Positions 1 through 12,226 of a stretch of 32,889 nucleotides of DNA are shown here, piece after piece (positions within the stretch are counted from its first letter, which is position 1; each line of letters begins with the position of its first letter). This DNA is from Octopus bimaculoides (taxonomy: Eukaryota). The notes beneath the pieces are model-generated. The model searched no databases, was not told the DNA's origin, and worked only from the letters and a program-made list of their open reading frames with translations. The DNA lies in the NCBI RefSeq assembly GCF_001194135.2, contig NC_068991.1, positions 59,296,550-59,329,438 on the forward strand, written 5' to 3'. The position numbers and the translations under genes were made by a program.

Positions 1-50
1 TTGGCTGGGTTTGGCTGGGTTTGGCTGGGTTTGGCTGGGGTCGGCTGGAC
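1..50. repeat. 10-bp tandem repeat (TTGGCTGGGT)n, cut by the window start
   Basis: Three perfect TTGGCTGGGT units, a fourth ending in G, then a degenerate TCGGCTGGAC. Confidence 0.9.
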
Positions 51-212
51 TCGCTAGTGAGCGGTAAGAAGAGAGCGAAATGGGGTGTGCATGGTTGGGT
101 TGTTTGGTTAACACTGGAAATGACAAATCTTGGATGGTTTGTCTCCTTTAATTGTTAGAACGATTGCTATGATCCATAAATCAATTGAAAATATAGAATT
201 GGATTTCTTTCT

Positions 213-213
213 A

Positions 214-293
<80 letters not shown>
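213..293. repeat. (ATT)n microsatellite immediately upstream of a SINE trimer
   Basis: Perfect ATT/TAT run. Confidence 0.98.
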
Positions 294-295
<2 letters not shown>

Positions 296-308
296 ATGGT
301 TATCATTA

Positions 309-526
309 TGACGACAAACTGACAGAAGCGTTCACACGCCGGGAAAAATGCTTAGCGGCATTTCGACAGTCTTTACGTTCGGAGTTCAAATTCCGCCGAG
401 GTTAACTTTGCCTTTCATCCTTTCGGAGTTCGTTAAAATAAGTAGCAGTTGAGCACTGGTTGTGGGGGGTATAATCGACTTAAACCCTTCCCCCAAAGTG
501 CTGCCCTTGTGGAAAATTTTAAAGCC
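309..526 (+). mobile_element. tRNA-derived SINE family A, copy 1 of the first head-to-tail trimer
   Basis: Degenerate A-box (CTGACAGAAGCGTT), B-box GAGTTCAAATTCC, body GAGGTTAACTTTGCCTTTCATCCTTTCGG...AAAATAAGTA, tail GCCCTTGTGG then ATT repeats. Aligns by eye to the other copies in the window. Confidence 0.9.
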
Positions 527-550
527 ATCATTATTATTATGATCATCATT

Positions 551-766
551 AAGGCGGCCAGCTGGCAGAGTCGTTAGCACGCCGGATGAAATGCTTCACT
601 GCATTTCGTCCGTCTTTTCGTTCGGTGTTCAAATTCAGCTGAGGTTAACTTTGCCTTTCATCCTTTGAGGATTCGTTAAAATAAGTACCAGTTGAGTACT
701 GGGGTTGATGTAATCGACTCGTTCTCTTCCCCAAACTTGCTGGTCTAGTGCCAAAATCTGAACTCA
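551..766 (+). mobile_element. SINE family A, copy 2
   Basis: AAGGCGGCCAGCTGGCAGAGTCGTTAG head, GTTCAAATTC B-box, same body, ATT tail. Confidence 0.92.
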
Positions 767-783
767 ATATTATTATTAACATT

Positions 784-980
784 AAGGTAGCGAGATGGCT
801 GAACGGTTCGCACGGCAAGTAAAACTCTTAACGACATTTCGTCCATCTTTGCGTTCTGAATTCAAATTCTGCCGAGGTCGACTTGCCTTTCATCCTTTCA
901 GAAGTCGATTCAGTAAGTACCAATTGGACACTGGAGTCAATGTAATCTTCTTATCCCTCCACTTAAATTGCTGGCCTTGT
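784..980 (+). mobile_element. SINE family A, copy 3
   Basis: AAGGTAGCGAGATGGCTGAACGG head, GAATTCAAATTC, GAGGTCGACTTGCCTTTCATCCTTTC, ends GGCCTTGTGCC. Confidence 0.88.
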
Positions 981-2125
981 GCCTTTTCTTTTCTACTTCT
1001 TCACCTTCTTCACCTTCTTCCTCTCCTTCCTCTTCCTCTCCTTCCTCTTCCTCTCCTTCCACTTCCTCTTCTTCATTTTCCTCTTCTCCATCTTCCTCTT
1101 CCTCTTCTTCCTTTCCTCTTCCTCTTCTTCCTTTTCTCTCCTTCCTCTTCTCTCACTTCTTCACTTTCTTCCTCTTCTTCCTTTTCTTCTTCTTCACCTT
1201 CTTCCACTTCTTTTTCTCTTCTTCTTTCTCCTCCTTTTTCATTATTTTCATCATCATTATCATCATCTTCTTTTTCTTCCTCCTCCTCCTAATTTTCTTC
1301 TTCTACATCAACATCATCATCATCATCATCATCTTTTCCTCTGCCTCCTTTTTCTTCTTCTACATCGTCGTCATCATCATCGTCATTTCTCCTTTTTCTT
1401 CCTCCTCCTCCTCCTCCTCCTCCTCCTCCTCCTCCTCCATGTCATCATCATTATCCTCTTCTACTTTTTATCCTTCTTCTTCTTCTTCTTCTTCTTNNNN
1501 NNNNNNNNNNNNNNNNNNNNNNNNNNNNNNNNNNNNNNNNNNNNNNNNNNNNNNNNNNNNNNNNNNNNNNNNNNNNNNNNNNNNNNNNNNNNNNNNNNNN
1601 NNNNNNNNNNNNNNNNNNNNNNNNNNNNNNNNNNNNNNNNNNNNNNNNNNNNNNNNNNNNNNNNNNNNNNNNNNNNNNNNNNNNNNNNNNNNNNNNNNNN
1701 NNNNNNNNNNNNNNNNNNNNNNNNNNNNNNNNNNNNNNNNNNNNNNNNNNNNNNNNNNNNNNNNNNNNNNNNNNNNNNNNNNNNNNNNNNNNNNNNNNNN
1801 NNNNNNNNNNNNNNNNNNNNNNNNNNNNNNNNNNNNNNNNNNNNNNNNNNNNNNNNNNNCACCACCACCACCACCACCACCGCATACAAAAACAACAATG
1901 GCCACAGCAACATCAGCAACAAAAATGCTAACGACAGCGATTCATTGATTTTTGAAATTAAATTAAAGCAGAATATTCTGGAAAGTGTGTTAGAATAGTT
2001 ATTAAATAGCCATCTCTCACTTCAAATTTTGACAATTATATCTCCTCTCCGCCACATCCTCATCCTCGCCGCCATCATAAAAATTATCGTCATCCTCAAC
2101 AGCATCATCGTTATCGTCATTATCT

Positions 2126-2157
<32 letters not shown>

Positions 2158-2340
2158 TTCATTATATTCATCATCGTCGTCGTCGTCGTCGTTATTATAA
2201 TCATCACCACCGCCATCATCAAGATCATCATAATGATGCTGATCTTCATGACCCTTATCATCATCATCTTCATCATGGCCATTATCATCATAATCATCGT
2301 CATCACCATCGCCATCATCAACGTCGTCATCATCATCATC

Positions 2341-2401
<61 letters not shown>

Positions 2402-2520
2402 CCACCATCATTATCATCATCGACATCATCCTCCACCGTCATCATCACCTTCATCATTGTCTTAGTCCTTGTCCATATTTCTCTTCTCATCCTCTCTCAT
2501 TTTCTCTCCTTTTTTCTCTG
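981..2520. repeat. Low-complexity CT-rich / (TTC)n / (CAT)n / (ACC)n block containing a gap at 1497-1859
   Basis: Degenerate triplet runs, very G-poor on the + strand; the poly-S/F/H/D ORFs come from this. Confidence 0.95.
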
Positions 2521-2779
2521 CATTTTTTGTGTGGTAGTGAGATGCTTTTACCCGTTTAACTTTTTTTGTTTGTTTTGCTTTGTTTTTTTTTTTAACATTT
2601 CCATATTTTTCATCAATTGTTTTCTTCGTTTTTACATATTTTTTTTCTAGGCTTTTTTCCCTTTGTTTTCTTTTATTTGTTCTGTTTTTTTTTTGTTTTT
2701 TTTTTTTACTGTTTCTTAAAAATCATTCCAGTGTTTTGTGTGCTTTCCTATTCGTCGCTTATTGATATTATTTTTGATT

Positions 2780-4410
<1,631 letters not shown>

Positions 4411-4414
4411 GTAC

Positions 4415-4530
4415 CAAATTCGTTAGCGAGTGGAATAAAATGCTAAGCAACATTTTTTTTTTCCAGCTTTACGTTCTGAGTTCAAATGCTGCCGAGGTCG
4501 ACTTCGTTTTTTCAGCCTTTTGAGGAGGAT
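4415..4530 (+). mobile_element. SINE family A, partial degenerate copy
   Basis: CGTTAGC...AAATGCTAAGC...TTTACGTTCTGAGTTCAAATGCTGCCGAGGTCGACTT matches the family A head and body. Confidence 0.8.
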
Positions 4531-4569
4531 ACAGTTGATTATTAGGATCGCTGTATTCGACTTCTTAAT

Positions 4570-5098
4570 TGATTGGAAGTTTTATCATGTACATTGTTTT
4601 GTCTTGATATAAAAGATGGACTATGGCAAACATTTAGTTCAATACCACAGATTTGTTTGTCAGTTGTTTTGACCTTAACCAGTTGAGCATGTCCCTTAGT
4701 GACTGACGATATGTGCATCTCTGATCACGAGCAGAAGTAATGGGGGAGCACCATAGACAATGTGTTGAGAGGAATTCTTTGGGGTTTGAATAATTCACCT
4801 CTGGAAAAATGGGTGTTTCGTTCAACACCCTTAAACAACCCTTATTTAGAGACCTTTTGAGCGGGATGGGCTACACGACCTGAAGGAAAGTCTAACTGGG
4901 CCCTACCCGTAAGGTCATGCACTGGTTATCTTGATATGAGATCACAATGTCTCGCACATATGGTTGTGATGCATGTACCTGGTCTACCCTTATCAGACAA
5001 GTAGTCATAATGGGTATACTGGGCTCCGTATATTTTACCCCAATGTCACTTTGATGGCTTGCACTGCTCTCTCATTCAATGATAATAATAATAATAAT
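4570..5098 (+). mobile_element. Unclassified retroposon-like segment ending in a (TAA)n tail
   Basis: Complex, GC-richer non-coding block ending CTCTCTCATTCAATGATAATAATAATAATAA. It resembles an abundant octopus repeat as I remember it; there is no second copy in the window to confirm this. Confidence 0.5.
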
Positions 5099-5303
5099 TG
5101 TCAAAATTAAATAATAACCACAATTGCATAATTGCGTCAACGGTACTAGAACTATTAACAGTGAAGGTGTCGCGCACGGCAAGCAGCGAGCATTTTATCA
5201 AGCTCCGGCAGGTAGTCATCAACCTATTGATCAAGACCAAAATTACAGTTAAAAGTGCAAAAGAAAAAGAATGAAATAGGGAACAGATGTAAACAAAATA
5301 GTA

Positions 5304-6558
5304 TTAGGTTGTCAATTATGAAATTTGTAGAAAGAAAAAAGTTTACTAATGTTTTATAAATACAAGGAATAGTTTTATTCATCAAATATTGACCATACTG
5401 TCAATACACTTTGCCATTTCAGCGGTAACTTGTCCAACCTGGAACTGTAAAGACCTGGCAATCTAGAGTCAATAAAATCTTGGAAGGCCTGTTTTACAAC
5501 ATCGTCAGAATTAAATTTTTTTCCCATCAAGAAGTCATCCAACTTCTGGAAGTGGTAGTCAATGGAGGCAAGATCAGGTGAGTATGGTGTATGATGGAGA
5601 ACTTCCAACTACAACTCCTGTAGTTTCACAAATTTCATTTTTGCGATGTGTGGTCTGGCGTTGTCTTGCAATAAAACAGGAGTGGATCTGTTGACTAATC
5701 TAGTCTGTTTTTGTTTTTTTTGTAAATTTCTGCATCATTTGGTCCAGTTGACTGCAGTATACTTTGGCCGTGGTTGATGAGCCAGATTTAATGAAATTAT
5801 AATGGATCACACCTGCGCCAGACCATCAAACACACCATCAGCTTCTTTTGATGAATTTTACTTTTTGGACTGTGTTTTGGTGGCTCGTCTTTGTCCAACC
5901 ATTGTGCTGAACGTTTAAACTTGTTGTATTGGATCCATTTTTCATCACGTGTTACAATTCGATTAAAAAATGATTCATTTTTGTGATGAGAAAGTAGCAT
6001 ATTGCAGTTTTCCAAACGTTGTTGCTTCTGATTTTCATTGAGTTCATGTGGAACCCACTTATCCAACTTTTTCACTTTACCGATTTGAACTAGGTGAGTC
6101 AATATTGTTTGCTTGGTAACACAAAACAGCAATGATCATTCTCAGGCACTTTCAGTTCGCCATTATCCACCTTTGTTTCTGGCCGACCGCGTTGCTCATT
6201 TGTGAGGTCAAAGTTACCAGAACAAAATTTTGCAAACCAATTTGATACTGTCTGCTGTATAATATTACAAGAAGGAAATACTCCATTAATATTCCGAAGT
6301 GTCTGTGATGCTGTATTTCCAAGAAAGAACTCATATTTCAAAACTGTACGAATTTCCGACTTATTTATCGCTAAGCAAAAATACGAAAAAAATATATATA
6401 AATACCTTATAAAGAGCAAAATAAGTTAGAATAAAGAAATAAATGTGTCAGCTTTCTCACAAAAAATAAAGACTGTCAAAATATAATAATGGCGCAAAAT
6501 GAGCAACTGTCAAAGTTTACCATATACCTTACTACAAATTTCATACTTGACGACCTAA
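5304..6558 (-). mobile_element. Mariner DNA transposon (Hsmar1/cecropia-like), near full length, 1255 bp
   Basis: 27-bp TIRs: 5304-5330 TTAGGTTGTCAATTATGAAATTTGTAG versus reverse complement of 6532-6558 TTAGGTCGTCAAGTATGAAATTTGTAG (2 mismatches). TA on both sides (5302-5303, 6559-6560). Confidence 0.96.
5375..6368 (-). pseudogene. Mariner transposase pseudogene (frameshifts, start codon apparently ATG>ATA, short deletion in the HTH region)
   Basis: Motifs RGRP, KKLDKWVPHEL, IVTRDEKW, LLQDNARPH and YSPDLASIDYHF across ORFs 6099-6419, 5797-6132 and 5375-5608. Confidence 0.95.
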
Positions 6559-8584
6559 TAATAGAATGCTGGCTGAGACGTAAGTCAAATAAAAGACGCT
6601 TCACGGATCGAATGAAGAGAAAATGGCATGAAAAAGGTTTTGAAGCATCCGCCCAGCCATTGATAGACCAAGTAAGAGAAATCAGTAGGAACGACTGGAT
6701 TACAGGAGTAGGGATGGAAGAATTCAGAGAAACATAATATAAAAGGAGCAGGAGGAGAGTGAAACAGCATTAGCAGAAAGCAGTAATAAGGGGGTAAGAG
6801 ATGAAGAACATGAAGATCAGATGGAAACCGCAGAGTGACAATAAGTACTGTACAAGACTTGAATGAAGCGGAGATTTTAGAAATGTTGCTAGGTAAAGTG
6901 TCTGATGGGAACAATGAAGAACCACCAGATGTAAGATATATGGACAGAAAAAAAGGTGAGGAGAACCAAAGTCAAAGCAAATGACGTATTAAGCTTGATT
7001 AAAACAAAACATGAGTGAAACAAATTAGCTAATGGCGTAGCTAACATAGTAGGCTACAAGCAAGAAAGGCAAAGGAAAGAACCAAACTGGGAGAAGAAAA
7101 TATGAACGGAGCTGGAAAAGACACGGCAAGAACTGGAGCAATTGTATAGGATAATGAGAGGAGAGATCAAGAATAAGGTAGTAACGAAAGGACAGTACAG
7201 GTTAGAAGAAAGGAGAAAACAAACTGTACATGAAGAATTGTCACAAAAGGTGACAGTATTAAAGGCCAAATTAAAAATATGATGCTAGATGCAAAGGTTT
7301 CGAACAGAATAGACTGTTCCAATCAAATAGAAGGCGTCTTTTAGAGGAAATAGAGGGAACTGATTCCAGATGCAGAAAAAACTAAAGAGGGCATAAAGAA
7401 AGAAAGCGCAAAGTGGCTAACAAAGGTGGAAAGACAACTTGCAACTGTACCAAGACAAAAAGCGTCAGAATTAGTCTATACACAGTGAGACATAAGTTAA
7501 AAAAATAGCAAATTGGAAAGGACCACGCCCGGATGGAGTACAAGGCTATTGGCTGAAGAATTTTACATACTTGCATGAAAGGATCGCTGTGCAACTGAAT
7601 GACTGCCTACAGCAAGGTCGCGTCCTTGCCTGAATGACAAGTGGACGAACGCTGCTATGCCTGAAGGATCTCCTCGAAAGGGAACTCGACATCAAATTTT
7701 AAACCTATAACCTGTTTATCACTTATGTGGAAGCTTATGACCGGTGTTTTGGTAGAAGAGTTATACAACCATCTGGAATGTAACAATCAACTTCCAGAAG
7801 AACAGAAAAGATGCAGGAAACAAAGTAGGGCAACAAAAGATCACTTATTAGCTGGTCATACTCTTTCTAGGAGACCACTGTCTGCAGCTCCAGGAATAGC
7901 CGGAACGAAAAGTGAAACTGCCACATCCCCTAAGCCTCTAATAAGTATTTATTATTCTCTGCTTTCTTCCTCCAACTTCTTTTTAAGTGATAAAGAGAGG
8001 ATCAGTTGCGGACCACCTTCCTGGGTGCAGATGATTAATCAGCGATCCTAGGTAGGAATAACACCGAGGGCTGAGACTTCAAACTAGCTGTTATGTATGA
8101 CTTAGTTAGAAAAGAAAATCAAAAGAGCATGGAAATGTCCGTCCTACTCATTTAGTAATACCTGGAACATGATTGGAATTCTTGTCAGATGCTGGGATTA
8201 GTGAGAGAGGTCATAACTGATTAAAGAAAACTGTGGAAACCTCGTACAACGTTTTGGGCAATTAAAACTATTAAATATGTATCGATTAGATTTCACAAGT
8301 AGAACCGGTATGGATTTGGTAAAAATGAATCGGTAAAACTAAATCATGTCAAAATAGAATATTTGTTGTGTCATCAGTTAAGAAATGGCAAAGAATATCC
8401 GCAGTTTCGATTGGTTGGTTACACAGACCAAAGGCTTATGATCTTCACAGTGAACGTAGACAGTATTCTTAGACAAAGTCCCCATTGCTGTAAATTAAAC
8501 GCTCCGTTTCCAACGTGGTTGTCTGCAGATATATGAATATCGAACCCTTTAAATGGAGGTCAACGACGGTGATTGCCAACATTT

Positions 8585-8684
8585 GAGGGGGCCGATAAAA
8601 TAAGTACCAATTTAGCACTGGGGCTGATATTATCGACATAACCCTCCCCTAAAAAAATGCGTGCCCTGTACCAAAACTTGAAAC

Positions 8685-8686
<2 letters not shown>
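8585..8686 (+). mobile_element. SINE family A, 5'-truncated 3' half running into (GTA)n
   Basis: GGGGCCGATAAAATAAGTACCAATTTAGCACTGGGGCTGATATTATCGAC...CCCTGTACCAAAACTTGAAAC. Confidence 0.85.
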
Positions 8687-8732
<46 letters not shown>

Positions 8733-8751
8733 CAGCAGCAGCAGCAGTAGC

Positions 8752-8793
<42 letters not shown>

Positions 8794-9125
8794 CACAGCA
8801 GTAGTAGTTGTAGTGGTATCAATAGTAGCGTTATCATTGTCATATTGTTGCGTGTACTAAGGTAGTGGTGATGGTGGTGTTGTTGTTGTTGTGGTGGTAG
8901 TGGTGGTGTTGGTGTTGTTGTTGTGGTGGTGGTGGTGGTGGTGCTGCTGCTGCTGCGGCTTTTGGATATTAACTATGACGGTTGGGTTCATTGTTAAATA
9001 TCAACGTTCTTGATAAAAATTTTCATATTTTTTTCATAATATTTTTGAGAATATTACTATTGTGGATGTTGTTGTTGTCATTGCTGCTGCTGCTGCTGCT
9101 TTTGTTGCTGTTAATATTGTTGTTG
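8687..9125. repeat. (GTA)n/(GCA)n/(GTG)n/(GTT)n compound microsatellites
   Basis: Directly visible. Confidence 0.95.
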
Positions 9126-9294
9126 TTACAGAATGAAGATGAATTTAGATGACGTGACATTGTCCAGTAATGTCTTCTTAAACAAAATATATTTGACACT
9201 TCATATTAACTCTTAGATATTTTGTTTTTATTGATTTATGTCATACATTTCTGTCTTTCCCTTGGCATATATATAAACGCACTCACAAATCACC

Positions 9295-9482
9295 TGTACA
9301 CACACAACACACACACACACACAATACACATACACATGCACACACAACACACATACACAACACTATACACACACATGCACATACACACACGTATATATGC
9401 ATATATTTATATTAAGTTTGGGTATGTATTTATATATGTGTATGAAAAATTTTAAATCCATAATCATTAGTACGATATATAT

Positions 9483-9514
<32 letters not shown>

Positions 9515-9613
9515 CAGACAGACAGAACGAGAGAGAGTGTGTGTGCGTGTGTGTGTGTAAGTGTCTGTATGTTTATGTACGTCTATATGTAGGTATACAT
9601 GTGTATATGTTTA

Positions 9614-9659
<46 letters not shown>

Positions 9660-9675
9660 GTGCCTATCTGTATAT

Positions 9676-9709
<34 letters not shown>

Positions 9710-9955
9710 GTATGTATACGTATGTGAGTGTCTGTATATATGTATGTATGCGTATGTGCATGTATGCATATATGTGTGTATTCATATGTGTGTATGCATA
9801 TGAGTATGTATGCATATTTGATTGTATGTACGTGCGTGTATGTATATGTGCGTGTATATACGTGTATGTATATGTGCATATGTATATGTGCACATATACA
9901 TATGCGTATGTATGTAAATGTGTGTGCATGTATATGTATTTGTATGCGTATGTAA

Positions 9956-10000
<45 letters not shown>
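9295..10000. repeat. Degenerate (CA)n, (TA)n, (TG)n, (GA)n dinucleotide field
   Basis: Directly visible; source of the H/T and C/V/Y pseudo-ORFs. Confidence 0.95.
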
Positions 10001-10003
<3 letters not shown>

Positions 10004-10878
10004 ATATTGAAATACAAACGCTCGGCTGTGAACCAGAAATAAAAGAGAGAATCCTGAGTTATGAAGATAGTGTAATAGACATTATTAGGAACTGTAGCTT
10101 CATCAACGAGGGATACTTCTGTACCTAGTCATCAGGCGGAAGATACCTCAGTTAAATGAAGGTCACATTGTCGTCAAGAGATCTTAAGCTAACTCGCTGG
10201 AGATTTGATCGAAAATAACTGGAAAGTACGGAGTGAGAGAACAAAAAAGAAAGGCACGGGTGGGAAGAAATAATATATGGGAGTGGGCAAATGTCTAGCG
10301 TTGTTAAGAATAAGAATAAAGAAAAAGTGGGGAGAAGAATAGGGGAGAAATTTGGTTAGATTGAAGCTGGCTCGGGAGAAGATCTTTCTGAATGTAGGCT
10401 GGGATAATTTTCTATGTCAGCTGTAAATAGATAAATAAATAAATAAATAAATAAATAAATATATTGTGTACTCTATACATACATTTAAACAGATTCAAAG
10501 AAAAATTAAGAGGAGGAATTCCAGGAGAAGGTGAGAATTAGAAAATTCAGGAGTGGCAGAAAGAGAGGGAGAGGGGAAGTAATGTCTCTGCTCAGTATGG
10601 GAACACATTAGTTCTAGTTAAGTTGGTTGTTTATCACTTAACAGTAAAACTATATTTAAAAAAACGCATATTAGCGCGCACACGCGTGTTTTTCTGTGCG
10701 CCCGTAGTATCTTGTAGATGGGATCCCTCCCTTGACTACAATGTAACCTGTATTTAATTAAGATATCTTCAGCCTGATGAGCAGGTAAGGATGTACCTTC
10801 ATTGAGTAATTGCTACTCCCAAGCCTGGATTTTACCCACTCCATTCCACTTATATATATATATATACATATATATATA

Positions 10879-11085
10879 GTCAATCCAAACATGAACAAGC
10901 AAGAAAAAACAACAACGTGAGGACGGGGAATAAGTACAGTATTATGGGACGCTCAGGAAAGGAAAGAAAAGAAAGAGGATTTCACGTTTCGAGCGGACCT
11001 CTTCATCAGAAATATAGGAAAAGTCCAAAGAAGGAGAAAGAAACTCGCCAACGATACACACGCTGTCAGATATTGAAATGACCGG
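10879..11085 (-). mobile_element. Putative Penelope-like/retrozyme terminal-repeat fragment carrying a hammerhead motif and ending at (TA)n
   Basis: Contains the hammerhead motif below and stops about 100 nt downstream of it at a (TA)n tract (10851-10878). No ORF, so the class is inferred from the known link between minimal hammerheads and Penelope-like elements. Confidence 0.55.
10979..11013 (-). ncRNA. Minimal type I hammerhead ribozyme motif, probably inactivated
   Basis: The minus strand reads AUUU-CUGAUGA-A-GAG-GUCCG-CUC-GAAA-CGU-G-AAAU. Both core boxes are intact; helix I is AUUU/AAAU, helix II is GAG/CUC, and helix III is the palindromic ACGU. The cleavage triplet is GUG, not NUH. Confidence 0.72.
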
Positions 11086-12166
11086 AAGGGAAAGGGTGAA
11101 GAAAACGTTCTTTCAAAGATATGAGAGTACAAGAGAAGGTGGTATGTGTGAGTATGTGCGTGCNNNNNNNNNNNNNNNNNNNNNNNNNNNNNNNNNNNNN
11201 NNNNNNNNNNNNNNNNNNNNNNNNNNNNNNNNNNNNNNNNNNNNNNNNNNNNNNNNNNNNNNNNNNNNNNNNNNNNNNNNNNNNNNNNNNNNNNNNNNNN
11301 NNNNNNNNNNNNNNNNNNNNNNNNNNNNNNNNNNNNNNNNNNNNNNNNNNNNNNNNNNNNNNNNNNNNNNNNNNNNNNNNNNNNNNNNNNNNNNNNNNNN
11401 NNNNNNNNNNNNNNNNNNNNNNNNNNNNNNNNNNNNNNNNNNNNNNNNNNNNNNNNNNNNNNNNNNNNNNNNNNNNNNNNNNNNNNNNNNNNNNNNNNNN
11501 NNNNNNNNNNNNNNNNNNNNNNNNNNNNNNNNNNNNNNNNNNNNNNNNNNNNNNNNNNNNNNNNNNNNNNNNNNNNNNNNNNNNNNNNNNNNNNNNNNNN
11601 NNNNNNNNNNNNNNNNNNNNNNNNNNNNNNNAGAGAGAGAGAAAGAGGGGCAGACAGAGAGACAGACAGACAGAGAGACAGACAGACAGAGAGACAGACA
11701 GACAGAGAGACAGACAGACAGACAGAGCCGACCCCCGCCTTTGTTTAAAATGTCTAAGACACGCTGTATGTTCAGACGATGACCTTACGATTTCATCAGA
11801 CGTACGGGTCCGCTATAACCACCATCACTTCTGCATTTATTCTGATAAGTACGTACTGCATCGATTGGAACACGTGTGCTATCTTTTCATCGCACTTGAA
11901 GTCAACAAAATACAAATCACAGTTATATTGGAGCTGACGTAACTGACAATATTGTCTTTTTAGGCGAGTCGATACAAATTGATTTCTGGGCAACGTGTGA
12001 GAGAGAATAGGAAAACATAGTGAGAGGAAGCTGTAGGGGAATGTACAGTGCCGTACTAAATCCATAATTTCTCCTTATTTTTATCATTCTTCGTTGAAAA
12101 AGGAAATAAGTCGATTTTATCGGTAAAAAAATACCTTCACTTGGAACTCCGCTATTCTCTTTCCCT

Positions 12167-12226
<60 letters not shown>

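Larger units (their letters stand above)
5140..7851 (+). mobile_element. Decayed R4/Dong-clade non-LTR retrotransposon (N-terminal region plus start of RT), interrupted by a mariner and 3'-truncated
   Basis: 7502-7850 translates, with stops and frameshifts, to KIANWKGPRPDGVQGYWLKNFTYLHERIAVQLNDCL...[12 protein letters not shown]...[53 protein letters not shown], the characteristic R4/Dong RT start. N-terminal motif RMK*GTDVNKIV|IECWL...RMKRKW is split across the mariner. Confidence 0.85.

Noticed and set aside
1-50. Telomeric or CRISPR-like repeat
   Set aside because: A 10-bp unit with no spacers, and not TTAGGG.
7552-7582. CTGAAGA...GAAA in the Dong RT
   Set aside because: No helix II; explained by the codons for WLKN...HER.
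10772-10783. Apparent 12-nt microexon TTCAG|CCTGATGAGCAG|GTAAGG
   Set aside because: Lies inside a repeat whose inverted copy at 10103-10178 lacks these splice signals, so it is likely chance.
10774-10810. CTGATGA followed by a hairpin, a possible hammerhead
   Set aside because: No GAAA box after the stem; the same holds for the copy at 10128 on the minus strand.
11796-12065. 89-aa minus-strand ORF in unique sequence
   Set aside because: No recognisable domain or splice support; its length is within chance expectation.
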